Positions 18,596 to 27,342 of a stretch of DNA of 64,000 nt are shown here, in pieces. The DNA is taken from positions 64,001 to 128,000 of the forward strand of contig CBDBDQ010000005.1 of assembly GCA_965203905.1 (NCBI GenBank). The letters are read 5' to 3'. Source of the DNA: Spirochaetia bacterium. GTDB lineage: Bacteria > Spirochaetota > Spirochaetia > SZUA-6 > Bin103. The notes beneath the pieces are model-generated. The model did no database searches, was not told the origin of the DNA, and was given only the letters and a program-made list of their open reading frames with translations. The translations under genes were made by a program, and so were the position numbers. How positions within the stretch are numbered: position 1 is the first letter of the stretch; each line of letters begins with the position of its first letter.

Positions 18596-21361
18596 ATGGC
18601 CCTCCTCAAACGAGTCGAGCTACTCGGCTTCAAATCGTTTCCTGAGCGGACCATCGTAGACTTTGCTGCCGGCATCTCCGCTGTCGTTGGCCCCAATGGC
18701 TGCGGCAAGAGCAATGTCGTCGACGCCATACGTTGGGCACTCGGCGAGCAGAACCCGCGCGCGTTGCGTGCCGAACGGATGGAAGACGTGATCTTCGGCG
18801 GTACCGAGGATCGCAGTCGCGTAGGTGTGGCAGAGGTCACGCTGGTACTGGAGAACGACGACCAGTCGCTGCCAATCGACGTCACCGAGGTCGAGTTGCG
18901 CCGCCGGTTGTACCGGTCGGGCGAGAGCGAGTACCTGGTGAACCGTCAGCCGGTGCGGCTGCGCGACGTGCGTGAACTGTTTCTGGACACCGGCGTGGGC
19001 AAGAACGCCTACTCGGTCATGGAGCAGGGTCGGATCGATCTGTTGCTCGCGGCCAAGCCGGAAGAGCGGCGTCAGGTGTTCGAAGAAGCTGCCGGCATCG
19101 CCCGCTCCGGCGCGCGCGGCGTGGAAGCGGACCGCAAGCTGCAGCAAACCCGCCGCAACATGAACCAGATCGAAGCGATCATCGCCGAGGTCAAGCGTTC
19201 CCGCGACGTGCTCGCCGATCAGGTGGAACGGGCCAATCAGTATCGCAGTCTCCAGGAGCGGGTGTTCGGCGCCGAACGCGACCTGGAGCTGATACGCCTG
19301 CGCGAACTGGAGGCACGCCACGCGACGATCCGCCGCGACCTGGAGCGGGCGCGGGCGCGGCATGACGAACTGCGCGCCGAGCGCAGCCGCGCCCGGGAGG
19401 CCGTGCAGCGCGGCGAGGGCCACATCCGCACCATGGAAACGGAGGTGGTCGAGCTCAAACGCCAGCTCTACGGGGTGGACCTGACCCGCGGCAACACCCG
19501 CGAACGGATGGCCACGACGCGCGAGCGTATCGGCGAGATCGAAGGCAGCATGGCCGGCTACCGCGACCGCGACCGCGGCGTGGTGGCCAAGATCGCCGAG
19601 CTGGAGCGGCTGCGCGACGGCAGACGGAGTGCCCTGCAGGCCACCGCGATACGGCTCGAGGAATTGCATGAAGCTCATACCCGGGCAACCGGCGCAATCG
19701 ACGGCGTGGAGCAGCGGATGCGGCGCAACGACGAGGCGGTGGAACAGGCCGGCAGCGCCGTACGCGACGGAGATCAGCGGCTGGAAGAGCTGCGCGCCCG
19801 CTTGCGCGACATCACCGACCACATCGTTGCCAGTCTCGATTCCAGGCTCCAGGCCGTGGGCTACTCTCCCGAGGCGCGGGCTGCCGCGGAACAGGACATC
19901 GCCCGCCTGTTGCGGGAGCTGAAGGTCACGCTGACGCCAGACGCCAACGGCGACGAGGACGCCGCCCGGCGCCTGGAAGTCGCCCGCGGACAGGTACAGG
20001 AGCTGGAGGGCCTGATCCAATCCTACGGCCAGCTCGCTTCGGCGTTCATCGACGACTTCCTCTCGCCGCGCGGCATCGTTACCCGGAAACGCCGCCTCGA
20101 CGAGGAGCTCGGCACCACCATGGTGCGAATTGCCGCGGCCCGCGCACGGGCCGAAGCCGGTCGCCGCGCCAATCACGAGTTGGCGGACCAACTCGAGCAG
20201 CTCCGGCGTCAGATCCGCGATCTGCAGGTAGAACGAGCGCGCAACCACACTCGGAAGGAGAGTCTCGGCGCCGAGAGCGAGCGCATCGACCGGGAGGTCG
20301 CCGAGCAGCAGGGACGGCGCCGCGAGCTGGCCAACGATGAACGCAACGCCGCTCAGGCGGTCGCCGCCATGACCGCGACCCTCGACGACCTGGAGTCGCA
20401 ACAGACGCAGCTGGAACGAGAGGACCGAGCGTTGCGCGAGCGCCTCGCCGAGTTGGACGCAGCGCTGCAGGGGGCGGCAGACCGGCAGCTCCACTACCGC
20501 CGGGGCGTTCAGAAGTTGGACCAGAAGCTGGAGCGCTCGGGAGAGAGCATCGGCAAGCTCCAGCTGCGCGATACGGAGGTCGGCACCGAGATCCGCACCG
20601 TGCTGCGCACCTTCCAGGAAACCCATGCCCAGGACCTGTCGCAGTACGAACTGGATATCACCCAGACCGAGTCACGCGGCGAGTTGCGTGCCACCCTGGC
20701 GCGATTGCGCGAACAGGTACGCCGCATCGGACATGTGAACCTGATGGCTCCGGAGCAATTCCGCGAGGTTGACGAACGCTACCAGTTCCTGCGCCGCCAG
20801 CTCCACGACCTGGAGACCGCCTCCCGCGACCTGGAGCAGGTGACGGAGCAGATCCGTGCGGAGTCCAGCGCCCTGTTCCTGAAGTCGTTCCACGACGTCC
20901 GCGCAGCGTTCCAGGCCATGTTCCGACGCCTGTTCGGAGGTGGACGTACCGAGCTGAAGCTCACCGATCCGGATGACGTGCTCGGGTCGGGCATCGAGTT
21001 CTACGCCCAGCCACCCGGCAAGAAGCTGGAGAACATCGCCCTGCTCTCGGGCGGCGAACGCGCCCTGACCGCGGTGGCGCTGCTGTTCGCCCTGTACCGT
21101 GTGCGCCCGTCACCGTTCTGCGTTCTCGACGAGATCGACGCCGCCCTGGACGACGAGAACGTGGGCCGGCTGGTGGAACTGCTCACCGAGTTCAGTGAGC
21201 ACACCCAGTTCCTGGTGATCACCCACAACAAGCGCACCGCGGCCGGTGCCACGCACCTGTACGGCATCACCATGGAAGAACACGGCGTCTCGCGCCTGAT
21301 CACGTTGCGGCTGCCCGCCGTCGAGCGCATCGCCGAGCCCGAGCTGGCGGCCGTCACCTGA
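18596..21361 (+). CDS. smc: Chromosome segregation SMC family ATPase (short form)
   Basis: GFKSF, GPNGCGKSN, EQGRI Q-loop, EEAAGI, long coiled coils, LSGGE, LDEIDAALD and ITHNK; alternative start at 18584. Confidence 0.94.
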   Translation: MALLKRVELLGFKSFPERTIVDFAAGISAVVGPNGCGKSNVVDAIRWALGEQNPRALRAERMEDVIFGGTEDRSRVGVAEVTLVLENDDQSLPIDVTEVELRRRLYRSGESEYLVNRQPVRLRDVRELFLDTGVGKNAYSVMEQGRIDLLLAAKPEERRQVFEEAAGIARSGARGVEADRKLQQTRRNMNQIEAIIAEVKRSRDVLADQVERANQYRSLQERVFGAERDLELIRLRELEARHATIRRDLERARARHDELRAERSRAREAVQRGEGHIRTMETEVVELKRQLYGVDLTRGNTRERMATTRERIGEIEGSMAGYRDRDRGVVAKIAELERLRDGRRSALQATAIRLEELHEAHTRATGAIDGVEQRMRRNDEAVEQAGSAVRDGDQRLEELRARLRDITDHIVASLDSRLQAVGYSPEARAAAEQDIARLLRELKVTLTPDANGDEDAARRLEVARGQVQELEGLIQSYGQLASAFIDDFLSPRGIVTRKRRLDEELGTTMVRIAAARARAEAGRRANHELADQLEQLRRQIRDLQVERARNHTRKESLGAESERIDREVAEQQGRRRELANDERNAAQAVAAMTATLDDLESQQTQLEREDRALRERLAELDAALQGAADRQLHYRRGVQKLDQKLERSGESIGKLQLRDTEVGTEIRTVLRTFQETHAQDLSQYELDITQTESRGELRATLARLREQVRRIGHVNLMAPEQFREVDERYQFLRRQLHDLETASRDLEQVTEQIRAESSALFLKSFHDVRAAFQAMFRRLFGGGRTELKLTDPDDVLGSGIEFYAQPPGKKLENIALLSGGERALTAVALLFALYRVRPSPFCVLDEIDAALDDENVGRLVELLTEFSEHTQFLVITHNKRTAAGATHLYGITMEEHGVSRLITLRLPAVERIAEPELAAVT

Positions 21362-21446
21362 TGTCCAGGCGTTCGTGCCAGCCTGCCAGCAGCAGCAGGC
21401 AGCGAGTGGACACGACCCGCGCGCAACACGTACCTTGAACTCCCAC

Positions 21447-21518
21447 GCGCCTGTCGTATAAGGGTCATTACCCGAGCCTTCCAAGCTCGTGATGGCGGTT
21501 CGAGTCCGCTCGGGCGCT
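21447..21518 (+). tRNA. tRNA-Gly(TCC)
   Basis: GCGCCTG...CGAGC-CTTCCAA-GCTCG...GGTTCGAGTCC...CGGGCGCT cloverleaf; no encoded CCA. Confidence 0.93.
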
Positions 21519-21580
21519 CTACTCGACAACAGCCCGTCGCCAAGAGACACCCGAAGCCCCAAGCATCGCCAAAATTGCGC

Positions 21581-22373
21581 TCAGTCTGACAGCTCGACGC
21601 TGCGCTTGGAGCCACGTTGTGCCTCCAAGCGGGCGGTGAGAGCGTGCACCACCTCCGGGTGGCGGTACCACAGGTTGGTGGTCTCGCCGAGGTCGCGGCG
21701 CAGGTCGTAGAGTTGGCCCGTGCTGCCTGGCAGCGGGCCGCCGCGCCCGTCTCCGGCGCATTCGAAGATCATCTTCCAGCGCGCCGCGCCTTCGTCGCTG
21801 CGCAGGGCGAACACACCAGCGGAGGAGTGGTGGACCAGGCCGGTCCGCGGCGCCGCCGTGGCTGGCCGCCTCTCGCCGCCGGTCAGGGCGGCCAGCACGT
21901 TGATGCTGTCCTCCCCTGCGTCCTCCGGCAGCTTGACGCCGACGATGGCGGCGCAGGTTGCCAGCAGGTCGGACAGACACACCAGCACATCGCTGACCTG
22001 CCCGGCCGGAATGGCAGCCGGCCAGCGGGCGATGAACGGCTCGCGGTGGCCGCCGTCGTAAATCATCGCCTTGTAGCCGCGCAAGTCGCCGGCAGAGCGG
22101 TGTGCGCCAGCAGTAGCGGCCGGTGAGCAGCGCGTAGCGGGACGGCGTGCACACCGCGGACGCGGCGTGCGCGTCGGTGAGCCGCACGCCCTCCGCGGCG
22201 AGCCGGTTCATGTGCGGCGTGGGGATGCGGGATAAGGGGTTATAGCAGCCGACATCGCCGTAGCCCAGGTCATCCGCAAGGATCAGGACGACGTTGGGCC
22301 GCGGCGGCGCCGGAGATGCAGCGAGCGGACGCGGCACCGGTGCCGATGCGGGTGGCCGCGCCGCGTCCGTCAC
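21581..22373 (-). pseudogene. Arylsulfatase with a large internal deletion and frameshift
   Basis: N-terminus ([28 protein letters not shown]) is joined out of frame to the C-terminal part ([19 protein letters not shown]...[11 protein letters not shown]); the centre is missing. Confidence 0.9.
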
Positions 22374-22396
22374 GGCGGCGAAGTGGAGACCGGACG

Positions 22397-24070
22397 TTAC
22401 CGGTACATGCGGTCGTAGGCGATCTGCAGGATCTCCACGAAGCGGTCCACCTTCAACGCGTCGAGTTGCGCCAGGTAGTTGTTCCAGTCGGCGTCGGAGT
22501 TGATGTCCAGGTCGCCGGTCACGAAGCGGGCGAAGCTCTGGTCCACGAACTCCTTGAGCGGTGCCCGCAACTGGCCGTACTCGCGGCCCTCGTCGAATTC
22601 ATGGATCAGCGGCCGCACGATCTCGTCCGGCTGGTGCCCCTCGTACTTGTCGAGCGACTCCCAGTACAGGCGCGGCTCGATCGCCAGCGGGTCGTCCGAC
22701 ACCGGCACCTGGCGATCGAAGAACCCCTCCTCGAAGTAGTTGGGGTACATGTGGCCGACCAGGTGGTTGTGCGCGGTGTTGTACACGTTGATCTGCTTCC
22801 ACAGCGCGGTCTCGCCGGTGTAGGCCATCTCGCCCTCTTCCGCCCAGCGCCAGCCCTCGCCCTCGGGACCGAAGAACGGCACCATGCGCGACGCGCCGGG
22901 GCGATGCGCGAAGTCGAAGTACTTGATGATCGCCACCTGCTCCAGGTCGGTTGCGGCCGTGGTCAGGCTGAACTTGGAGCCGCGCTGGTTCTTGGGGTAG
23001 TAGCCGGTGAACTGGGCGCCGTTGGGGCCGACCAGCGGCGGCACCGCGCGGTACTGACGGTGCATGGTGCCCTGCGGCGCCAGCGCTCCCCACGGCACGC
23101 CGGCCTGGTGGGCGCCGACCCGCGCCGGTCCCTCCACGCCGCCGTTGTTGAGGGTGTGGAGCTGGCTGCGGTCCATCACGAACGCCTCGCCGTCGAACAG
23201 TCCGTCGTTGTAGAGGCCGTTCAGGTAGGTCAGGCCCTGGCGCCACTCGTCGGTGGTGAACGCCAGCGAGATGATGCCGTCGTTGACCACCATGCGGTGC
23301 GAGTTGGTGGGGTCGCCGAAGCCGTCGTCGTAGATGAAGGCGTTCATCACGAACGCGCCCGCCCTGCTGCGCCAGTAGTTGATCAACCCGGAGTAGGGAA
23401 TCTCGTCACCGGGATCGCCGTTGCCGTTGGCGTCCTGGTCGCGGAACGCCTCCAGCACGGTGCGCAGCTCAGCGGTGGTGGTGGGCATCTCCAGGCCGAG
23501 CCGTTCCAGCCACTCGACGTTGATCCACAGCTTCTGCGACAGGGTCGAGTGATAGGCCACCGGCCGCTCGGACAGCGCGTAGATGTGGCCGTCCGGCGCG
23601 GTGAGCTGGCGCGGCACCAGCGGATCCTCCGCGAACACGCGCTTGATGTCGACGGTGTGCTCTTCGATCAACCCCTCCAGCGGCGCCAGGAAACCCTGCG
23701 AGCCGTACAGGAACTGCTGCTCGGTGGTGATCCCGGAGTTGATGATCATGTCCGGCAGGTCGGAGCCGGCCGCCAGCACCAGGTTGATCTTCTGCGCGGC
23801 GTCGGAGCCGGTGACCTGATCCCACTCGATGTGCAGGTTGGTCTGCTCCTCCATCCAGGTCACCGCGTAGTTGGTGGTGATGTCCTGTATGCGCGCGGGA
23901 ACGTTGGCCAGCGCCGTCACGGTGATCAGCTCGTCGCTGATCGGGTAGACGCCGGGCGCCGACAGCGCGTCCATCGCCGCGCCGGAGCCCTCTCCCTCGG
24001 CGCCGGCGAATCCCATTACGGGAGCCAGCAACAGCAGCGCGGCCCCCATGATCGTGTGGAGTCGATTCAT
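22397..24070 (-). CDS. Carbohydrate ABC transporter extracellular solute-binding protein (LplA-like)
   Basis: Signal peptide ending [41 protein letters not shown] and C-terminal AYDRM. Confidence 0.92.
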   Translation of the reverse strand: MNRLHTIMGAALLLLAPVMGFAGAEGEGSGAAMDALSAPGVYPISDELITVTALANVPARIQDITTNYAVTWMEEQTNLHIEWDQVTGSDAAQKINLVLAAGSDLPDMIINSGITTEQQFLYGSQGFLAPLEGLIEEHTVDIKRVFAEDPLVPRQLTAPDGHIYALSERPVAYHSTLSQKLWINVEWLERLGLEMPTTTAELRTVLEAFRDQDANGNGDPGDEIPYSGLINYWRSRAGAFVMNAFIYDDGFGDPTNSHRMVVNDGIISLAFTTDEWRQGLTYLNGLYNDGLFDGEAFVMDRSQLHTLNNGGVEGPARVGAHQAGVPWGALAPQGTMHRQYRAVPPLVGPNGAQFTGYYPKNQRGSKFSLTTAATDLEQVAIIKYFDFAHRPGASRMVPFFGPEGEGWRWAEEGEMAYTGETALWKQINVYNTAHNHLVGHMYPNYFEEGFFDRQVPVSDDPLAIEPRLYWESLDKYEGHQPDEIVRPLIHEFDEGREYGQLRAPLKEFVDQSFARFVTGDLDINSDADWNNYLAQLDALKVDRFVEILQIAYDRMYR

Positions 24071-24311
24071 GCGACTTCCTCCTTGTGCTTCGGGCCGTGC
24101 GGACCGGCCCGTCCGTAACCGCGCCGTTCCCGGCGCAGCAAATCGACAGGTTGCTATGGTACCACCGGTGGGCGCGCCGGTCACCCGTTGGCGGGCAGGA
24201 CTATCCCACGCTACGCGACAAGCCGGCTGCAATCGCTACTCCCGTTGCCCTCGACCGACGCCCAACTGCCCAACCGCACAACCGAGCAACTCGCACCCTG
24301 GCGGGCGCCGA

Positions 24312-25880
24312 TCACGGGGCCCCGTCTGGCGGCGACCCGTCCTCCCGATGCCGGAAGCGGTGGTGGGCTCGACAGCGTAGGCGCAAGTTCCCGGGCTCGG
24401 CGCTGCCGCCGAGCGCAAAGGGAACGATGTGGTCGAGCTCCAGCAGGAAGCGGGACCCGCAGCGCCGTCCGCTGTGCGGATCGACGTAACAGCAGCGGCC
24501 ACCGTCGCGGCGCCACACCTCGCGCTTCACTGGTGCCGGGATGTAGCGGGATCGACGCGCCCGGTGGGGCGGCTGCGCACTGCCTCCGGACGGGCCGGCT
24601 GTCGCCGGCCGCGGCCGCGAACGGCCATCGAGCTGCGCCGCCCCTGCCCGCTTCGCCGGCGAAGGAGCGTGGCGACCGCGATCCGCCGCTCCCGGCGCGG
24701 TCGGCATGCTCTGGTCCGCCGGCGGCGTCGGTACGGAGGCGCGGGACCCACGATCTGTCACCGACTTCGCTGCCGAAGTAGCGGTACCGGTCGCCACCGC
24801 TGCTGGCTTGGCACTCACCGGCGTGCTGCTGCCGCAAGTCTCGCACCCCGACGGCGGCGCGGGCAGCGCTGCCACCGCCGAGGTGCCGGCGTGGCCAATC
24901 CCGCGCGCGGGTTCCTCTGCGGACAGCGCTACCGGCGCCGGGGTGCTGCCACCGGCGATCGTGCCCTCCGGCGGCGGCACTGCGGGGTGCTCTTGCGCGC
25001 CCCGCTTCGCCGGCGAAGTCGTCCCGTCTGCCGGCCCTTGCTGCGCCCTCGGCTCCGGCGCCTGGCCCGCGCTTGCCTCCCGGCGCCCACCTCTGCGCCC
25101 GCGCGGCGGCCGCCCCGGGTCGTAGCGCTGCAGGCCGTCCTGCACCAGCCGCTCCACCAGTTGCCCCAGCGTCAGGTGCGGGTCCACGTGCGACAGCAGT
25201 GCCCGTAGCTGCTCGATCCCGCACTGACACGCGGCGTCGATCACTACCTTCAGCTCCCAGCGGCCCTCGCCCAGCGCCCGCATGCGATCGGCCGGTGGCG
25301 CCAGCTCGGGAGCCACCCCGGCCAACAACTGCTTCACCTCGCGGGTGCTCTTGCCGCTCGCCTGCGCCACCAGCTCCTGCCGCTGCGCCGCGTCCAGCGC
25401 CGGCAGCGGTCGCGCTGGCGCCGCTGCCCCGGGCCCGGAAGCCCCCGCCTCCGGCGTCGTCCCCGTGGCGCCCGGCAGCAGCTCCGGTGCCGCGGGTGCC
25501 GCGCCGGGGTCCGCGGCGGCGGTCGCCGTGCGCTGCAGGAGATCGAAGGTGTTCTGCAACTGCGCCGCCGCGCTCAGGGAGAGCGAGCCGTCCTGCAGCC
25601 GCTCGCGTGTCCCGGCGGTCTCGGAGCACAGGCGCATGGCTTTGATACGGCGCCACGCGGCACCCTCGCTGTAGCCCAACTCGCGCACCGCGTAGTCGAA
25701 CAGGCTGGAGAACCCGAGGCGCAGGTGGAGGTGGCGGGCGTGGATCTCGCGCAGGTGGTCGAGGACGGCGAGTTGCAGCGCCTGCTCGTGCAGGACGAGG
25801 GACCTGGTGTGCGCCAGCAGCACCTGGTCGGGGAGCCCGGAGAGGGAGGAGGCGAAGCCGGTGACGGTCACGGAAGCCAT
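24312..25880 (-). CDS. DUF222-like protein with C-terminal HNH endonuclease
   Basis: N-terminal GFSSLFDYAVRELGYSEGAAWRRIKA, low-complexity linker, then RYIPAPVKREVWRRDGGRCCY...C...LELDHIVP..GG..NLRLRCRAHH. Confidence 0.88.
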   Translation of the reverse strand: MASVTVTGFASSLSGLPDQVLLAHTRSLVLHEQALQLAVLDHLREIHARHLHLRLGFSSLFDYAVRELGYSEGAAWRRIKAMRLCSETAGTRERLQDGSLSLSAAAQLQNTFDLLQRTATAAADPGAAPAAPELLPGATGTTPEAGASGPGAAAPARPLPALDAAQRQELVAQASGKSTREVKQLLAGVAPELAPPADRMRALGEGRWELKVVIDAACQCGIEQLRALLSHVDPHLTLGQLVERLVQDGLQRYDPGRPPRGRRGGRREASAGQAPEPRAQQGPADGTTSPAKRGAQEHPAVPPPEGTIAGGSTPAPVALSAEEPARGIGHAGTSAVAALPAPPSGCETCGSSTPVSAKPAAVATGTATSAAKSVTDRGSRASVPTPPADQSMPTAPGAADRGRHAPSPAKRAGAAQLDGRSRPRPATAGPSGGSAQPPHRARRSRYIPAPVKREVWRRDGGRCCYVDPHSGRRCGSRFLLELDHIVPFALGGSAEPGNLRLRCRAHHRFRHREDGSPPDGAP

Positions 25881-26064
25881 GGCGTAAATATAATCATGGT
25901 TGAGAAATGCCCAGTTTCGGCGAGTCCCGGGACCGGCACCGGGAAGAGTGCAGGCCGGCGCTGGCGGGGTGCTGGCGGGCCTGGAGGGCGTGGCGGGATG
26001 TTCGCAGGGTCGGAGGGGCCGGAACGTGCGGCAGGGGGCCATTACGAGCAGCGCCGAACCCGTC

Positions 26065-26086
26065 AAGTGCTCAGCGCACTTTTTTT
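26065..26086 (+). terminator. Short hairpin plus T-tract (possible intrinsic terminator, or UP/-35 region of a minus-strand promoter)
   Basis: AAGTGC-TCAGC-GCACTT followed by TTTTT; overlaps TTGACG on the minus strand. Confidence 0.35.
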
Positions 26087-26429
26087 GGCACTCTTTCGCA
26101 GAATCCTGCGAATCCTGCCCCGCGGCGCCGACGTGGCAGCAATGCAGCGGCGGAGACCGGCGTTGCGGGGAGGCGGCACCCCGTTCATTTCTGGACACAT
26201 CGTACAGCGAACGAGCCACGTATCCTGAAGGCCGCGATCTGGCAGGCACCAGGGCCATCACCGCCGCTCGGCCACTACCCTCAGAACATTCCTGCCTACA
26301 CGGGATGCAGACGGTTCAGCATGGGATGGCCCTGGTTGGCGGGTGGCGCGTGGCGGCGCGAGCGGCGCGGCTCGGGCGCTTGTTTCAGATGACCCGTCCG
26401 CCACCGCACGCAACCGCACTCTGGTGCGG

Positions 26430-26565
26430 GGAGCGGGTGGTCGCGCCCTGCGCCGGTGCATTCGAAGGGGCCGGAGCGGTGGACCAGTTCCGGCCACTTG
26501 GGCCGGCATGCGCGAGGCGGGTTGTAGCAGCCGATGTCGTCGTACGCCCAGGCAGGACCTCACGT
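26430..26565 (-). pseudogene. Collapsed relic of a sulfatase paralogous to 21581..22373
   Basis: Three ordered DNA patches match the [16 protein letters not shown] and FECAGDGR regions of the 21581..22373 gene; one aligns at 30/38 nt. Confidence 0.75.
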
Positions 26566-26643
26566 TTCTCCCGGTGTTTGACAGGCATACCCGATGGCCC
26601 CAGGATTGGCGGTTCACCCTCCGCACGAAGGAGCAACCGAGTC

Positions 26644-27198
26644 ATGAAGAACTCAATCCCCCTGGTGCTACGAATCCTGACCTCAAGTCCGGCGTCTCGT
26701 GCAAAGCGGGTCACCGCGATCACGCTGGGAATCGGACTGGCAGTCGCCGGGCTAGGGCTTACCGGTTGTGAGCCGGTAAATGGCAGCATGCCAGCAGACC
26801 CGCCGAGCATCGTAGGTGAGTGGGATGTCTACCAGTATCAGGTATCCATCACGGGCACCGTCCAGGCCAACGTCGATCTGACGAGCCTCGGGTCGGATAT
26901 CACCGTCAGGTTCAATGAGTCCCCGCGGTCATACTCGTTCGCGTACCATCCTCCGTTGCAGGGGGTTGGGCCGGCAGCGGAAGTCGCCGCGGGGAACGGC
27001 ACCTACGTACAGGACGAGAGCAGGAACACTCTCACCCTTACGGGACGCTCGCTCGCCGGAGCACAGGGGACCTCTACGTATGACTACACCTTGAGTTCAG
27101 CCTTCCTGCGACTGCACCTCACCGAGAGCTTCTTCCACACGACCGGCGGCTCCACCCAGTCGGGCACAAGAACGGTGACGATCATGGCCAGGAGGTAA
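26644..27198 (+). CDS. Lipoprotein, lipocalin-like beta-barrel
   Basis: AAGGAG RBS, lipobox GLTGC, SIVGEW motif, GNGTY and a beta-rich sequence. Confidence 0.75.
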   Translation: MKNSIPLVLRILTSSPASRAKRVTAITLGIGLAVAGLGLTGCEPVNGSMPADPPSIVGEWDVYQYQVSITGTVQANVDLTSLGSDITVRFNESPRSYSFAYHPPLQGVGPAAEVAAGNGTYVQDESRNTLTLTGRSLAGAQGTSTYDYTLSSAFLRLHLTESFFHTTGGSTQSGTRTVTIMARR

Positions 27199-27226
27199 GG
27201 TGGCGGCGCCGTGTCCTTCACCGGCG

Positions 27227-27276
27227 GTTACCGGTACATGCGGTCGTAGGCGATCTGCAGGATCTCCACGAAGCGG
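27227..27276. repeat. 50-bp exact direct repeat of 22396..22445
   Basis: gttaccggtacatgcggtcgtaggcgatctgcaggatctccacgaagcgg occurs at both positions. Confidence 0.95.
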
Positions 27277-27342
27277 CTCAGCTTCAGCGCCTCCAACTGC
27301 CCCAGGTAGTTGTACCACCATCGCCGTCCCGCGCAGAATCAT
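27228..27342 (-). pseudogene. Solute-binding protein gene relic (start fused to the last ~30 codons)
   Basis: ATG overlaps the permease stop (MILRGTAMV) and runs out of frame into [29 protein letters not shown], nearly identical to the end of 22397..24070. Confidence 0.85.

Noticed and set aside
22085-22115. Programmed frameshift in the sulfatase
   Set aside because: There is no slippery site and the central catalytic region is physically missing, so a deletion explains it.
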